Assembly (NCBI GenBank): GCA_965250285.1
Contig: OZ252299.1
Coordinates: 1,184,001-1,248,000, forward strand
Direction: 5' to 3'
From: Myxococcota bacterium
Lineage (GTDB): Bacteria; Myxococcota_A; UBA9160; UBA4427
Length of the DNA: 64,000 nucleotides
Under the pieces are notes generated by a model. It saw only the letters and a program-made list of their open reading frames with translations. It did no database searches and was not told the DNA's origin. The position numbers were made by a program, and so were the translations under genes. Positions 1 through 16,540 of this stretch are shown here, piece by piece (positions within the stretch are counted from its first letter, which is position 1; each line of letters starts with the position of its first letter).

Positions 1-198
1 TCCGATGCGCTCTTCCAGGGCGACTTCGTGCTCGTGATGGGCGCCGAGGGGCGGGGGCTGCGGCCCAGCACGCGCGCTGCGCTCGATCTCGCCGTCGAGA
101 TTCCGATGGCCGGCCAGGTCGCCTCGCTCAACGTGGCCACCGCCACCGCGGTCCTGCTCTTCGAGGCGATGAGGCGTTCTGCCCCCAGCGGGGAATGA
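1..198 (+). CDS. rlmB: 23S rRNA 2'-O-methyltransferase RlmB/TrmH (SPOUT) family, C-terminal fragment
   Basis: Frame 1 reads ...LVMGAEGRGLR...VEIPMAGQVASLNVATATAVLLFE...* with SpoU motifs GxEGxGL and IPMxGxxxSLNV; truncated by window start. Confidence 0.85.
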   Translation, partial: SDALFQGDFVLVMGAEGRGLRPSTRAALDLAVEIPMAGQVASLNVATATAVLLFEAMRRSAPSGE

Positions 199-283
199 GT
201 CAGGCTTCACCGACCATTCGAGTTTGCCCGACCAGACGGCAAAAAATCTTGCAAGGACGTGTGGATCCGGGCCTTCCCCCGGG

Positions 284-311
284 TTGCCGGGCCGACTTCC
301 TCCGCTATGTT
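284..311 (+). promoter_or_regulatory. Possible sigma70 promoter for the tRNA-tuf operon
   Basis: TTGCCG-N16-TATGTT ending 18 nt before tRNA-Thr. Confidence 0.4.
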
Positions 312-329
312 CTGCGCCCTCGATTCCAG

Positions 330-405
330 GCTGGCGTAGCTCAACTGGTAGAGCACCGGATTTGTAATCCGAAGGTTATGGGTTCGAGTCCCCTCGCCAG
401 CTCCA
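330..405 (+). tRNA. tRNA-Thr(TGT)
   Basis: GCTGGCG acceptor stem, D-arm GCTC/GAGC, anticodon loop TT-TGT-AA, TTCGAGT T-loop, encoded CCA. Confidence 0.95.
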
Positions 406-941
406 TTCGGTGTGTTTCGGATCCGCTCCGACGCCCGTTGGAGCAGCACAGGTGGCACGCGCATTGCGTAGCCACCATCATGTGTCGGGCGACGGGGCGG
501 GTCTGGCGCGAGCGCGGTCCGACGCACACGGTCCGCACGATGCAACGCGCACGAGACGGGCACGGCGAGCGAAGCGGCGAAGCGAGACGGCAGGAAGCAC
601 GGCGATTAGGCGTAGGCGTAAGGGCGACGGCGGCCGCAATGGCCGAGAGATAGACGACAGACAAAGACAGATCAGGTTCCAAGGGGTCGACGGACTCTCC
701 CGCACGTTGGAGTGCCGACCTTCCCGACGACGCATCGAGGCTAGCCACAGTGCAGGCTCGATGAAGCAACCCAGCGTCGATCGGGTCGGTGCATTCGTGA
801 CAGCGGGCTTCGTGCGCTCTGCACGAAGAGAGTAAAGAGTCGACGTCGAACGCGCCCAGCGAACCGATCGTGGAATGAACGACGACGGATCACCAGGGAG
901 GGTGTCGCGAGCGAACGTGCTGAGCACACCCGCCTGGACCT

Positions 942-1027
942 GGAGAGGTACCGAAGCGGTCAACCGGGGCAGACTGTAAATCTGCTGGCTCATGCCTACG
1001 GAGGTTCGAATCCTCCCCTCTCCACCA
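942..1027 (+). tRNA. tRNA-Tyr(GTA)
   Basis: GGAGAGG/CCTCTCC acceptor stem, GCAGA-CT-GTA-AA-TCTGC anticodon arm, long variable arm, CCA. Confidence 0.95.
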
Positions 1028-1173
1028 CATATCGACCATCCACCACGCGCGCGTGCGAACGCGGGCGTGCGGCATGGGAAGGAAACGAAGCGGACGCCCC
1101 TGAACGGGTCGGATGCGGGCCCGTTGCGGGTCGGGATCCGGACGGCAATGCGCGAAACATGCGCCGGGAATGC

Positions 1174-1247
1174 GCGGGAATAGCTCAGTTGGCTAGAGCA
1201 CAAGCCTTCCAAGCTTGGGGTCGCGGGTTCGAGTCCCGTTTCCCGCT
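1174..1247 (+). tRNA. tRNA-Gly(TCC)
   Basis: GCGGGAA/TTCCCGC acceptor stem, CAAGC-CT-TCC-AA-GCTTG anticodon arm; followed by CCG rather than CCA. Confidence 0.95.
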
Positions 1248-1260
1248 CCGCCCAGCCCGA

Positions 1261-1316
1261 GAGTCGCAAGCCGAGAGTCGAGAGCTGCGAGCCGAGAGCC
1301 GAAAGCCAAGAGTCGA
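1261..1316 (+). repeat. Degenerate 7-nt tandem repeat (approx. GAGYCGA x8)
   Basis: gagtcgc aagccga gagtcga gagctgc gagccga gagccga aagccaa gagtcga. Confidence 0.75.
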
Positions 1317-1430
1317 GTCGGTGCCCGACCGGCATGGAGAGGGTCGAGGCGGTCGAGGCGGTCGAGACGGATGGGGCGCGAAGAGCTGCGACGGAGCGAC
1401 GTTCGAGGAAGAGCCGCTGCAAAGTAAGAC

Positions 1431-1506
<76 letters not shown>

Positions 1507-1763
1507 GACAACGCCCGGCCCGGGCGCACGCGAACACGGTTCACGTGGCAGGGGCAGAAGCGGGAAGCAAGGAGCAGGAAGCAAGACCCGAGAAGCAAGC
1601 ACCGTACGCAAGTCGATCGAAGCAACGAAACCCAAGCAAGGCCAGAAAAACGCCAACCAACGCCAACCAAGGCACGCAGCACCGCGGGGTGCGAGCTCGG
1701 TGAGCCGAGCAGGGCGCGAGAGAGCGTCTGCTCCAGCCGAGCGGAGAAAAGGAACGAACGAGG

Positions 1764-2954
1764 ATGGCCAAGGAGAAGTTCGAGCGGACGAAGCCCCACG
1801 TGAACGTGGGAACGATCGGACACGTTGACCACGGCAAGACGACGCTGACGGCAGCGATCACGCAGCGGCAGGCTGCGAAGGGTCTGGCGGATCAGATGCG
1901 TTTCGACCAGATCGACAAGGCACCGGAGGAGCGCGAGCGCGGTATTACGATCGCGACGGCGCACGTCGAGTACCAGACCGAGGGTCGCCACTACGCGCAC
2001 GTCGACTGCCCCGGCCACGCGGACTACGTGAAGAACATGATCACGGGTGCCGCTCAGATGGACGGCGCGATCCTGGTGGTGTCGGCAGCCGATGGCCCGA
2101 TGCCGCAGACGCGCGAGCACGTTCTGTTGGCTCGCCAGGTGAACGTTCCGTACATCGTGGTGTTCCTGAACAAGGTGGATCAGGTCGACGACGAGGAGCT
2201 GCTCGAGCTGGTCGACATGGAGATCCGCGAGCTTCTGAACGGCTACGAGTTCCCGGGCGACGACATCCCGATCATCCCGGGCTCGGCGCTGAACGCGCTC
2301 GAGGATCCTTCGAACGACGAGAACAACAAGTGCATCGATGATCTGATGGATGCGCTGGACGCGACGATCCCCGAGCCTGAGCGTGCTCTGGACAAGGACT
2401 TCCTGATGCCGATCGAGGACGTGTTCTCGATCACGGGCCGCGGGACGGTTGTGACGGGCCGCATCGAGCAGGGCGTGATCCACACGGGTGATGAAGTCGA
2501 GATCGTGGGCATCAAGGACACGACGACGACGACGATCACGGGCGTGGAGATGTTCCGGAAGCTCCTCGATGAGGGTCAGGCGGGCGACAACGTGGGCTGC
2601 CTGCTTCGCGGTACGGCGAAGGAAGAGGTGGAGCGCGGTCAGGTTCTGGCCAAGCCCGGCTCGATCACGCCGCACACGAAGTTCAAGGCTCAGGCGTACA
2701 TCCTGACGAAGGACGAGGGTGGTCGTCATACGCCGTTCTTCAACGGGTACCGGCCGCAGTTCTACTTCCGGACGACGGACGTGACGGGTGTCGCGAACCT
2801 TCCGGACGGGACGGAGATGGTGATGCCGGGCGACAACGTCGAGATGACGGTGGAGCTGATCACGCCGATCGCGATGGACAAGGAGCTTCGGTTCGCCATC
2901 CGTGAGGGTGGCCGCACCGTCGGCGCCGGCGTCGTCGCCGAGATCATCGAGTAG
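1764..2954 (+). CDS. tuf: Elongation factor Tu (tRNA-linked copy)
   Basis: [19 protein letters not shown], NKxD motifs; 396 aa. Confidence 0.99.
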   Translation: MAKEKFERTKPHVNVGTIGHVDHGKTTLTAAITQRQAAKGLADQMRFDQIDKAPEERERGITIATAHVEYQTEGRHYAHVDCPGHADYVKNMITGAAQMDGAILVVSAADGPMPQTREHVLLARQVNVPYIVVFLNKVDQVDDEELLELVDMEIRELLNGYEFPGDDIPIIPGSALNALEDPSNDENNKCIDDLMDALDATIPEPERALDKDFLMPIEDVFSITGRGTVVTGRIEQGVIHTGDEVEIVGIKDTTTTTITGVEMFRKLLDEGQAGDNVGCLLRGTAKEEVERGQVLAKPGSITPHTKFKAQAYILTKDEGGRHTPFFNGYRPQFYFRTTDVTGVANLPDGTEMVMPGDNVEMTVELITPIAMDKELRFAIREGGRTVGAGVVAEIIE

Positions 2955-3009
2955 GTCATTCGTTTCGCTCACCGAGGGCCGGGTCGGCCCTCGGTGAGCT
3001 GAATGACCT
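2953..3009 (+). terminator. Strong hairpin directly after tuf (terminator-like or processing stem)
   Basis: GCTCACCGAGGGCCG-ggt-CGGCCCTCGGTGAGC with outer AGGTCATTC/GAATGACCT; no U-tract. Confidence 0.5.
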
Positions 3010-3105
3010 GGAGTGCGTTCGGGTGACGGGAGCGTGAATCGGTCTCGTCATGCGGGCAGAGGCGGAATCTTCGATCGACAGGGTGAAAATCAAGTCGATC
3101 GATCT

Positions 3106-3181
3106 AGGCGCGTAGCACAATTGGTAGTGCATCGGACTCCAAATCCGGAGGTTGGGGGTTCAAGTCCCTCCGCGCCTGCCA
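3106..3181 (+). tRNA. tRNA-Trp(CCA)
   Basis: AGGCGCG/CGCGCCT acceptor stem, anticodon loop CT-CCA-AA, CCA end; usual position before secE. Confidence 0.95.
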
Positions 3182-3217
3182 CATCAAGCGCTGCTTCGAG
3201 CTGTAGGTGACACCGCA

Positions 3218-3424
3218 ATGGCCGACGAATCGACGAACCCCGTGAAGAACGCGACCTCGTATCTGAGCGAGGTGCGTGGCGAGGTCGACAAGATCGTTTG
3301 GCCGCAGCAGGACGAGGCGATCGCCGGCACAGTCGGCGTGCTCGTCATCGTCGCCGTCATTGCGACGGTGCTCGGTCTGGTCGATTTCGGCTTGAGCCGG
3401 GTGATGCAGGTGATCCTGCAGTAG
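3218..3424 (+). CDS. secE: Preprotein translocase subunit SecE
   Basis: EVRGEVDKIVWP motif plus one TM helix; between tRNA-Trp and nusG. Confidence 0.92.
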   Translation: MADESTNPVKNATSYLSEVRGEVDKIVWPQQDEAIAGTVGVLVIVAVIATVLGLVDFGLSRVMQVILQ

Positions 3425-3510
3425 CAGGCAGCTCGTCGGGGCCTCGCCCCGATCAATGGATGCGGTCGATTGAGTCACGGCCGTGTGTGCGACGACACCA
3501 GGGGGGTCGG

Positions 3511-4041
3511 ATGTCCAAGAAGTGGTACATCGTCCACACCTACTCCGGGCAGGAGAACAGGGCGAAGAAGGCGCTGCTCGAGCGGGCCGCTTCGCTGGGC
3601 TTCGAAGAAGCCATCGACGAAGTGCTCGTCCCCGAGGAGAGCGTCGTCGAGACGGTGTCGGGTCAGAAGCGCACGTCGAAGCGCAAGTTCTTTCCGGGCT
3701 ACATCATGGTCCGGATGGAGCTGAACGACGAGACGTGGCACGTGGTCAAGGGCACGCCCAAGATCACGGGCTTCGTTGGTAACGCGACGGATCCGCCGTC
3801 GATCTCCGATGAGGAGGTCGCGCAGATGACGCAGCGGGTGAAGGAAGGGGTGGCCAAGCCCAAGCCGCTCATCCGCTTCGATGAGGGCGAGAGCGTGCGA
3901 GTGGTCACTGGGCCGTTCGCCAACTTCTCGGGCTTCGTCGACGAAGTGATGGAAGACAAAGAGAAGCTCAAGGTGATGGTTCAGGTGTTCGGGCGAGCGA
4001 CGCCCGTCGTGCTGGACTACGCGAGCGTAGAGAAGGCCTAG
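3511..4041 (+). CDS. nusG: Transcription factor NusG
   Basis: KWYIVHTYSGQE, FFPGY, KOW GPFANFSG, FGRATPV. Confidence 0.97.
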   Translation: MSKKWYIVHTYSGQENRAKKALLERAASLGFEEAIDEVLVPEESVVETVSGQKRTSKRKFFPGYIMVRMELNDETWHVVKGTPKITGFVGNATDPPSISDEEVAQMTQRVKEGVAKPKPLIRFDEGESVRVVTGPFANFSGFVDEVMEDKEKLKVMVQVFGRATPVVLDYASVEKA

Positions 4042-4050
4042 GAGAATCCG

Positions 4051-4476
4051 GTGGCCAAGAAACTGAAGGCAATCGTCAAGCTGCAGTGCCCGGCGGGCCA
4101 GGCGAATCCTGCGCCGCCCGTGGGTCCGGCACTCGGCCAGCATGGCGTGAACATCATGGAGTTCTGCAAGGCGTTCAACGCGCGCACGCAGGACCAGCAG
4201 GGGATGATCATCCCCGCTGAGATCTCGATCTTCGCGGACAACAGCTTCACGTTCGTCCTCAAGTCGCCGCCCGCGGCCGTCCTCCTGAAGAAGGCGGCCA
4301 AGATCAACAAGGGCTCGGGCGAGCCGAACCGCACCAAGGTCGGCAAGGTGACGCAGGCGCAGCTGGCCGAGATCGTCGAGATCAAGAAGAACGACCTCAA
4401 TGCCCACGACCTCGAGCAGGCGAAGAAGATCATCGCCGGCACGGCGCGCTCGATGGGCCTCGAGGTGGAGGGCTAG
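4051..4476 (+). CDS. rplK: 50S ribosomal protein L11
   Basis: [26 protein letters not shown]. Confidence 0.98.
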   Translation: MAKKLKAIVKLQCPAGQANPAPPVGPALGQHGVNIMEFCKAFNARTQDQQGMIIPAEISIFADNSFTFVLKSPPAAVLLKKAAKINKGSGEPNRTKVGKVTQAQLAEIVEIKKNDLNAHDLEQAKKIIAGTARSMGLEVEG

Positions 4477-4478
4477 GC

Positions 4479-5189
4479 ATGCCGAGTCAGAGCAAGCGAT
4501 ACAAGCAGGCCTTCGAAGCCGTCGACGCCGACCGGCTCTATTCGCTCGAGGACGCCTTCGAGACGATGCTGGAGCTGCCCACCGCGAAGTTCGACGAGAG
4601 CGTCGACATCGCCATCAACCTTGGCGTCGATCCGAAGCACGCCGATCAGATGGTGCGCGGCGCGATCGTGCTGCCGCACGGCGTGGGCAAGGACGTTCGG
4701 GTGCTCGTGTTCGCCAAGGGCGACAAGGAGAAGGAGGCCCAGGAAGCAGGGGCCGACTTCGTGGGCGGCGACGAGCTGGCGAAGAAGATCACGGACGAGG
4801 GTTGGCTCGAGTTCGACCGGGTGATCGCGACCCCCGACATGATGGGCGTGGTCGGCCGTCTCGGTAAGGTGCTCGGCCCGCGCGGCCTGATGCCGAACCC
4901 GAAGCTCGGCACGGTCACGCCGAACGTGGCCCAGGCCGTTTCGGATCAGAAGTCGGGCAAGGTCGAGTACCGCGTCGACAAGAGCGGGATCATCCACTGC
5001 GCGATTGGCAAGCGCTCGTTTTCGCACGAGAAGCTCGTCGAGAACGCGTCGGCCCTGATCGACGTCGTGCTCAAGGCCAAGCCTGCCTCGGCCAAGGGCA
5101 CTTACATGAAGAAGATCGCCGTCAGCACGACGATGGGGCCGGGTATCAAGGTCGATCCCGCCGCTCGCCTGACGGTCGACGCCGCATAG
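4479..5189 (+). CDS. rplA: 50S ribosomal protein L1
   Basis: [30 protein letters not shown]. Confidence 0.98.
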   Translation: MPSQSKRYKQAFEAVDADRLYSLEDAFETMLELPTAKFDESVDIAINLGVDPKHADQMVRGAIVLPHGVGKDVRVLVFAKGDKEKEAQEAGADFVGGDELAKKITDEGWLEFDRVIATPDMMGVVGRLGKVLGPRGLMPNPKLGTVTPNVAQAVSDQKSGKVEYRVDKSGIIHCAIGKRSFSHEKLVENASALIDVVLKAKPASAKGTYMKKIAVSTTMGPGIKVDPAARLTVDAA

Positions 5190-5203
5190 GGAGGAGTCGA
5201 ATC

Positions 5204-5743
5204 ATGCTGACCCGTGCGCAGAAAGAAGAAGCGGTCACCACGCTGAGCGACAAGTTCACCCGCGCTACGAGCGTGGTCGTCGCCGATTACCGTGGTCTCA
5301 ACGTTCCCGAGCAGGAGGAGCTCCGCAGCAAGCTGCGCGAGGCCACCGATGGGGAGACCGAGTACCAGGTGGCGAAGAACTCGCTGCTGAAGCTCGCGGC
5401 CAATGGCTCGACCACCGAGGTGCTCAGCGAGCACTTCCAGGGCCCCACCGCCGTGGCAATCTCGTTCGGGGATCCGGTGAGCGCGGCGAAGGTGCTCGTC
5501 GACTACGCCAAGGATCACGACGCGTTCGAGATCAAGGGCGCAATGCTCGACGGCAAGGCCCTCGACGAAGGCGAGTTCGCGAAGCTCGCGACGCTGCCGA
5601 GTCTGCAGGAGCTGCGCGGCAAGCTGGTGGGGCTGCTCCAGGCCCCGGCCGGCAAGCTCGCCCGCCTGCTGAACGAGCCCGCAGGCCAGATGGCCCGCAT
5701 CGTCGCCGCTCGCAAGGACGCCCTCGGCGAGGCCGAGGGATAG
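5204..5743 (+). CDS. rplJ: 50S ribosomal protein L10
   Basis: DYRGL, VAKNSLLKLA, LATLPS motifs; synteny. Confidence 0.96.
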   Translation: MLTRAQKEEAVTTLSDKFTRATSVVVADYRGLNVPEQEELRSKLREATDGETEYQVAKNSLLKLAANGSTTEVLSEHFQGPTAVAISFGDPVSAAKVLVDYAKDHDAFEIKGAMLDGKALDEGEFAKLATLPSLQELRGKLVGLLQAPAGKLARLLNEPAGQMARIVAARKDALGEAEG

Positions 5744-5911
5744 AAGAAGGAAGACGCCGGAGCCGGAACGGCCGGCTCCGGGCAACGATCGAATTGCCGC
5801 TCGCTCATGCATGGGTGCTCGGCAGAAGAAATTCGAGATTGAAAACGCGGGCGGGAGGAGGGGGCACCCCTCTGTTCGACCGCCCCGAACCCAAGAAGGA
5901 ATCGTTCCAAA

Positions 5912-6292
5912 ATGGCCGATCTGAACGAAATCGCAGAAACGCTTTCGAGCCTCACGGTGATGGAGGCGGCCGAGCTCGCCACGCTTCTCGAGGAGAAGTG
6001 GGGCGTCAGCGCCGCCGCGCCCGTGGCCGTCGCTGCTGCCGCTGGTCCCGCCGCTGCAGGGGGCGAGGCCGCCGCTGACAAGACGGACTTCGACGTGATC
6101 CTGACCGCCTTCGGTGACAAGAAGATCCAGGTCATCAAGGAGGTGCGCGGCATCACGGGCCTCGGTCTCAAGGAGGCCAAGGAGCTCGTCGAGGGCGTGC
6201 CGAAGCCGCTGAAGGAAGGCGTCGAGAAGGATGAGGCCGACAAGATCAAGGCTGCAATCGAAGAAGCGGGCGGTCAGGTCGACATCAAGTGA
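5912..6292 (+). CDS. rplL: 50S ribosomal protein L7/L12
   Basis: [12 protein letters not shown] hinge, [24 protein letters not shown]. Confidence 0.98.
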   Translation: MADLNEIAETLSSLTVMEAAELATLLEEKWGVSAAAPVAVAAAAGPAAAGGEAAADKTDFDVILTAFGDKKIQVIKEVRGITGLGLKEAKELVEGVPKPLKEGVEKDEADKIKAAIEEAGGQVDIK

Positions 6293-6489
6293 GGCTCGCT
6301 CCTTGTGAGCCTCGCAGAGCGCTCACGCCCACAGGGGCGTCGAGCGCCAAACTCGCTTCGTGGTCGCGAGTGACGCATTCGTGCGTCGCATCGCGTCGTT
6401 TGCGGGTGGTGCATTCGTGCGCCGATTTGTGCTTCACGCTGGCGGTGCCCACGTGCACCGCCAGCGCTTGACCGGGGGGATCGGTACCC

Positions 6490-10668
<4,179 letters not shown>

Positions 10669-10784
10669 AAGTCATTCCACCCGGGTCGGCCGCATGTCGA
10701 CCCGGGGCCCAGCCCACCCGGCCGGCCGTGCCGTTCGGGTCAAGCAGTTCCGAGTATCGAGAACGAAGAAGGGAGACAGCCACC

Positions 10785-14966
<4,182 letters not shown>

Positions 14967-14995
14967 GCCCACACGGCACTGAAGCCGAGAACCAA

Positions 14996-15032
14996 ACACC
15001 GGCCGGGTGTCCTTCGGGACCCCGGCCGGTGT
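14996..15032 (+). terminator. Terminator-like hairpin after rpoC
   Basis: ACACCGGCCGGG-tgtcc-TTCG-ggac-CCCGGCCGGTGT with cUUCGg loop. Confidence 0.65.
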
Positions 15033-15190
15033 CGTTCAGGGCGGCCGATCGGCGAGGTGGGATGCCCCCGAACGGTGTCTTAGGCGCTACGGCCCGGGGG
15101 GACGCGGCGTCGATTCGGAGCGCCCGGTCGCCGGCACCCGCAGCGGCGGGCAGTCGGTCTATGTGCCTGAAATTCCGTGCTGGGGCGGCG

Positions 15191-15218
15191 TTGACACCCA
15201 CCTTGGGCTGGCTAGAAT
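15191..15218 (+). promoter_or_regulatory. sigma70-type promoter of the str operon
   Basis: TTGACA-N16-TAGAAT, near-consensus in a GC-rich intergenic region. Confidence 0.7.
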
Positions 15219-15478
15219 GCGCCCGCTTCTGCGACAGGGGCCGCTCTCCGCGGTCCGCTTTCAGTCCCTCGGAGAGAGGGCCCGAGTCAGGCGCCAACGA
15301 CTCCGGTCTCTTCGATGCTGGAAAGCGGTACCGGGGGGACATGCGTCTCTGGCTTTCCCCTTTTCCGCGAGCGACCACTGGCGATCGACTTCGCCGAGTT
15401 CGTTCGTGCTCCGGTTCCAACGACATCCCCACCGCGCATCACGACGCATGTGCGGTACCAGGAGGCGGTCAAGCACTC

Positions 15479-15853
15479 ATGCCGACCATCCAGCAGCTCA
15501 TTCGCAAGCGACGCAAGCCGAAGCCGGCCAAGTCGAAGTCGCCCGACCTCGCCAAGTGCCCCCAGCGGCGCGGCGTGTGCCTGCGCGTCTTCACGAAGAC
15601 GCCGAAGAAGCCGAACTCGGCCCTTCGCAAGGTCGCGCGTGTGCGTCTCACCAACGGCAACGAGGTGAACGCGTACATCGGCGGTGTCGCGCACACGCTG
15701 CAGGAGCACTCGGTCGTGCTCGTGCGCGGTGGCCGCGTCAAGGACCTGCCCGGCGTCCGCTACCACATCGTGCGTGGCACGCTGGATGCGACGGCCGTAG
15801 AGGGGCGCAACCGCGGCCGCTCGAAGTACGGCACGAAGCGCCCGAAGAGCTGA
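15479..15853 (+). CDS. rpsL: 30S ribosomal protein S12
   Basis: [31 protein letters not shown]; upstream GGAGG. Confidence 0.98.
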   Translation: MPTIQQLIRKRRKPKPAKSKSPDLAKCPQRRGVCLRVFTKTPKKPNSALRKVARVRLTNGNEVNAYIGGVAHTLQEHSVVLVRGGRVKDLPGVRYHIVRGTLDATAVEGRNRGRSKYGTKRPKS

Positions 15854-15860
15854 TCCATTT

Positions 15861-15908
15861 CTCGTCGAGGCGCGGCCTCGGCGACTCGTCGAGGCGCGGC
15901 CTCGGCGA
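15861..15908 (+). repeat. Exact 24-nt tandem duplication, each unit a hairpin
   Basis: CTCGTCGAGGCGCGGCCTCGGCGA x2. Confidence 0.9.
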
Positions 15909-15959
15909 GATGATTCGAAGAGCGAATCGATCGAATCGCTCGAGTCGAGAGACGAATAG

Positions 15960-16430
15960 ATGCCGAGACGCCGAGAAGTACCGAAGCGCGAAACCCCCGC
16001 CGACCCCAAGCACGGCGACAAGCTCGTGGGCCGCTTCATCAATGTGTTGATGAACGATGGCAAGAAGAGCACCGCCGAGGGGATCATCTACGGGGCGTTC
16101 GACGAGATCGAGAACAAGATGCGCAGCGACCCGCTCGCGATGTTCCGCCGCGCCCTCGACAACATCCGGCCGCGCCTCGAGGTGAAGAGCCGCCGTGTGG
16201 GTGGTGCCACCTACCAGGTGCCGGTCGAGATCTCGCCGCAGCGCGCGACGTCGCTGGCGATGCGTTGGCTGGCGCTGTACTCGCGGGCGCGTCCCGGCAA
16301 GAGCATGCGAGAGAAGCTCGCGAACGAAATCATCGACGCGGCCAACGAGCGGGGCGAGAGCGTGAAGAAGCGCGAAGACACGCACCGCATGGCCGACGCC
16401 AACAAGGCCTTCGCCCACTATCGATGGTGA
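15960..16430 (+). CDS. rpsG: 30S ribosomal protein S7
   Basis: [30 protein letters not shown]. Confidence 0.98.
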   Translation: MPRRREVPKRETPADPKHGDKLVGRFINVLMNDGKKSTAEGIIYGAFDEIENKMRSDPLAMFRRALDNIRPRLEVKSRRVGGATYQVPVEISPQRATSLAMRWLALYSRARPGKSMREKLANEIIDAANERGESVKKREDTHRMADANKAFAHYRW

Positions 16431-16540
16431 GCCTTCGCCCTATGTCGACCCGGCCCTAGGCTGGGCGGCGCGGGGTCGAGCGGGCATCTCGAGCGTGTGC
16501 GAAGACGGGAAGCGCGGGTCACCGCGAGCCGAGTAGAGAC

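Noticed and set aside
10728..10784. N-terminal extensions in the ORF track (rpoC, nusG, rpsL, lepA, leuA, pentapeptide protein)
   Set aside because: Downstream starts match family N-termini and SD or overlap positions better
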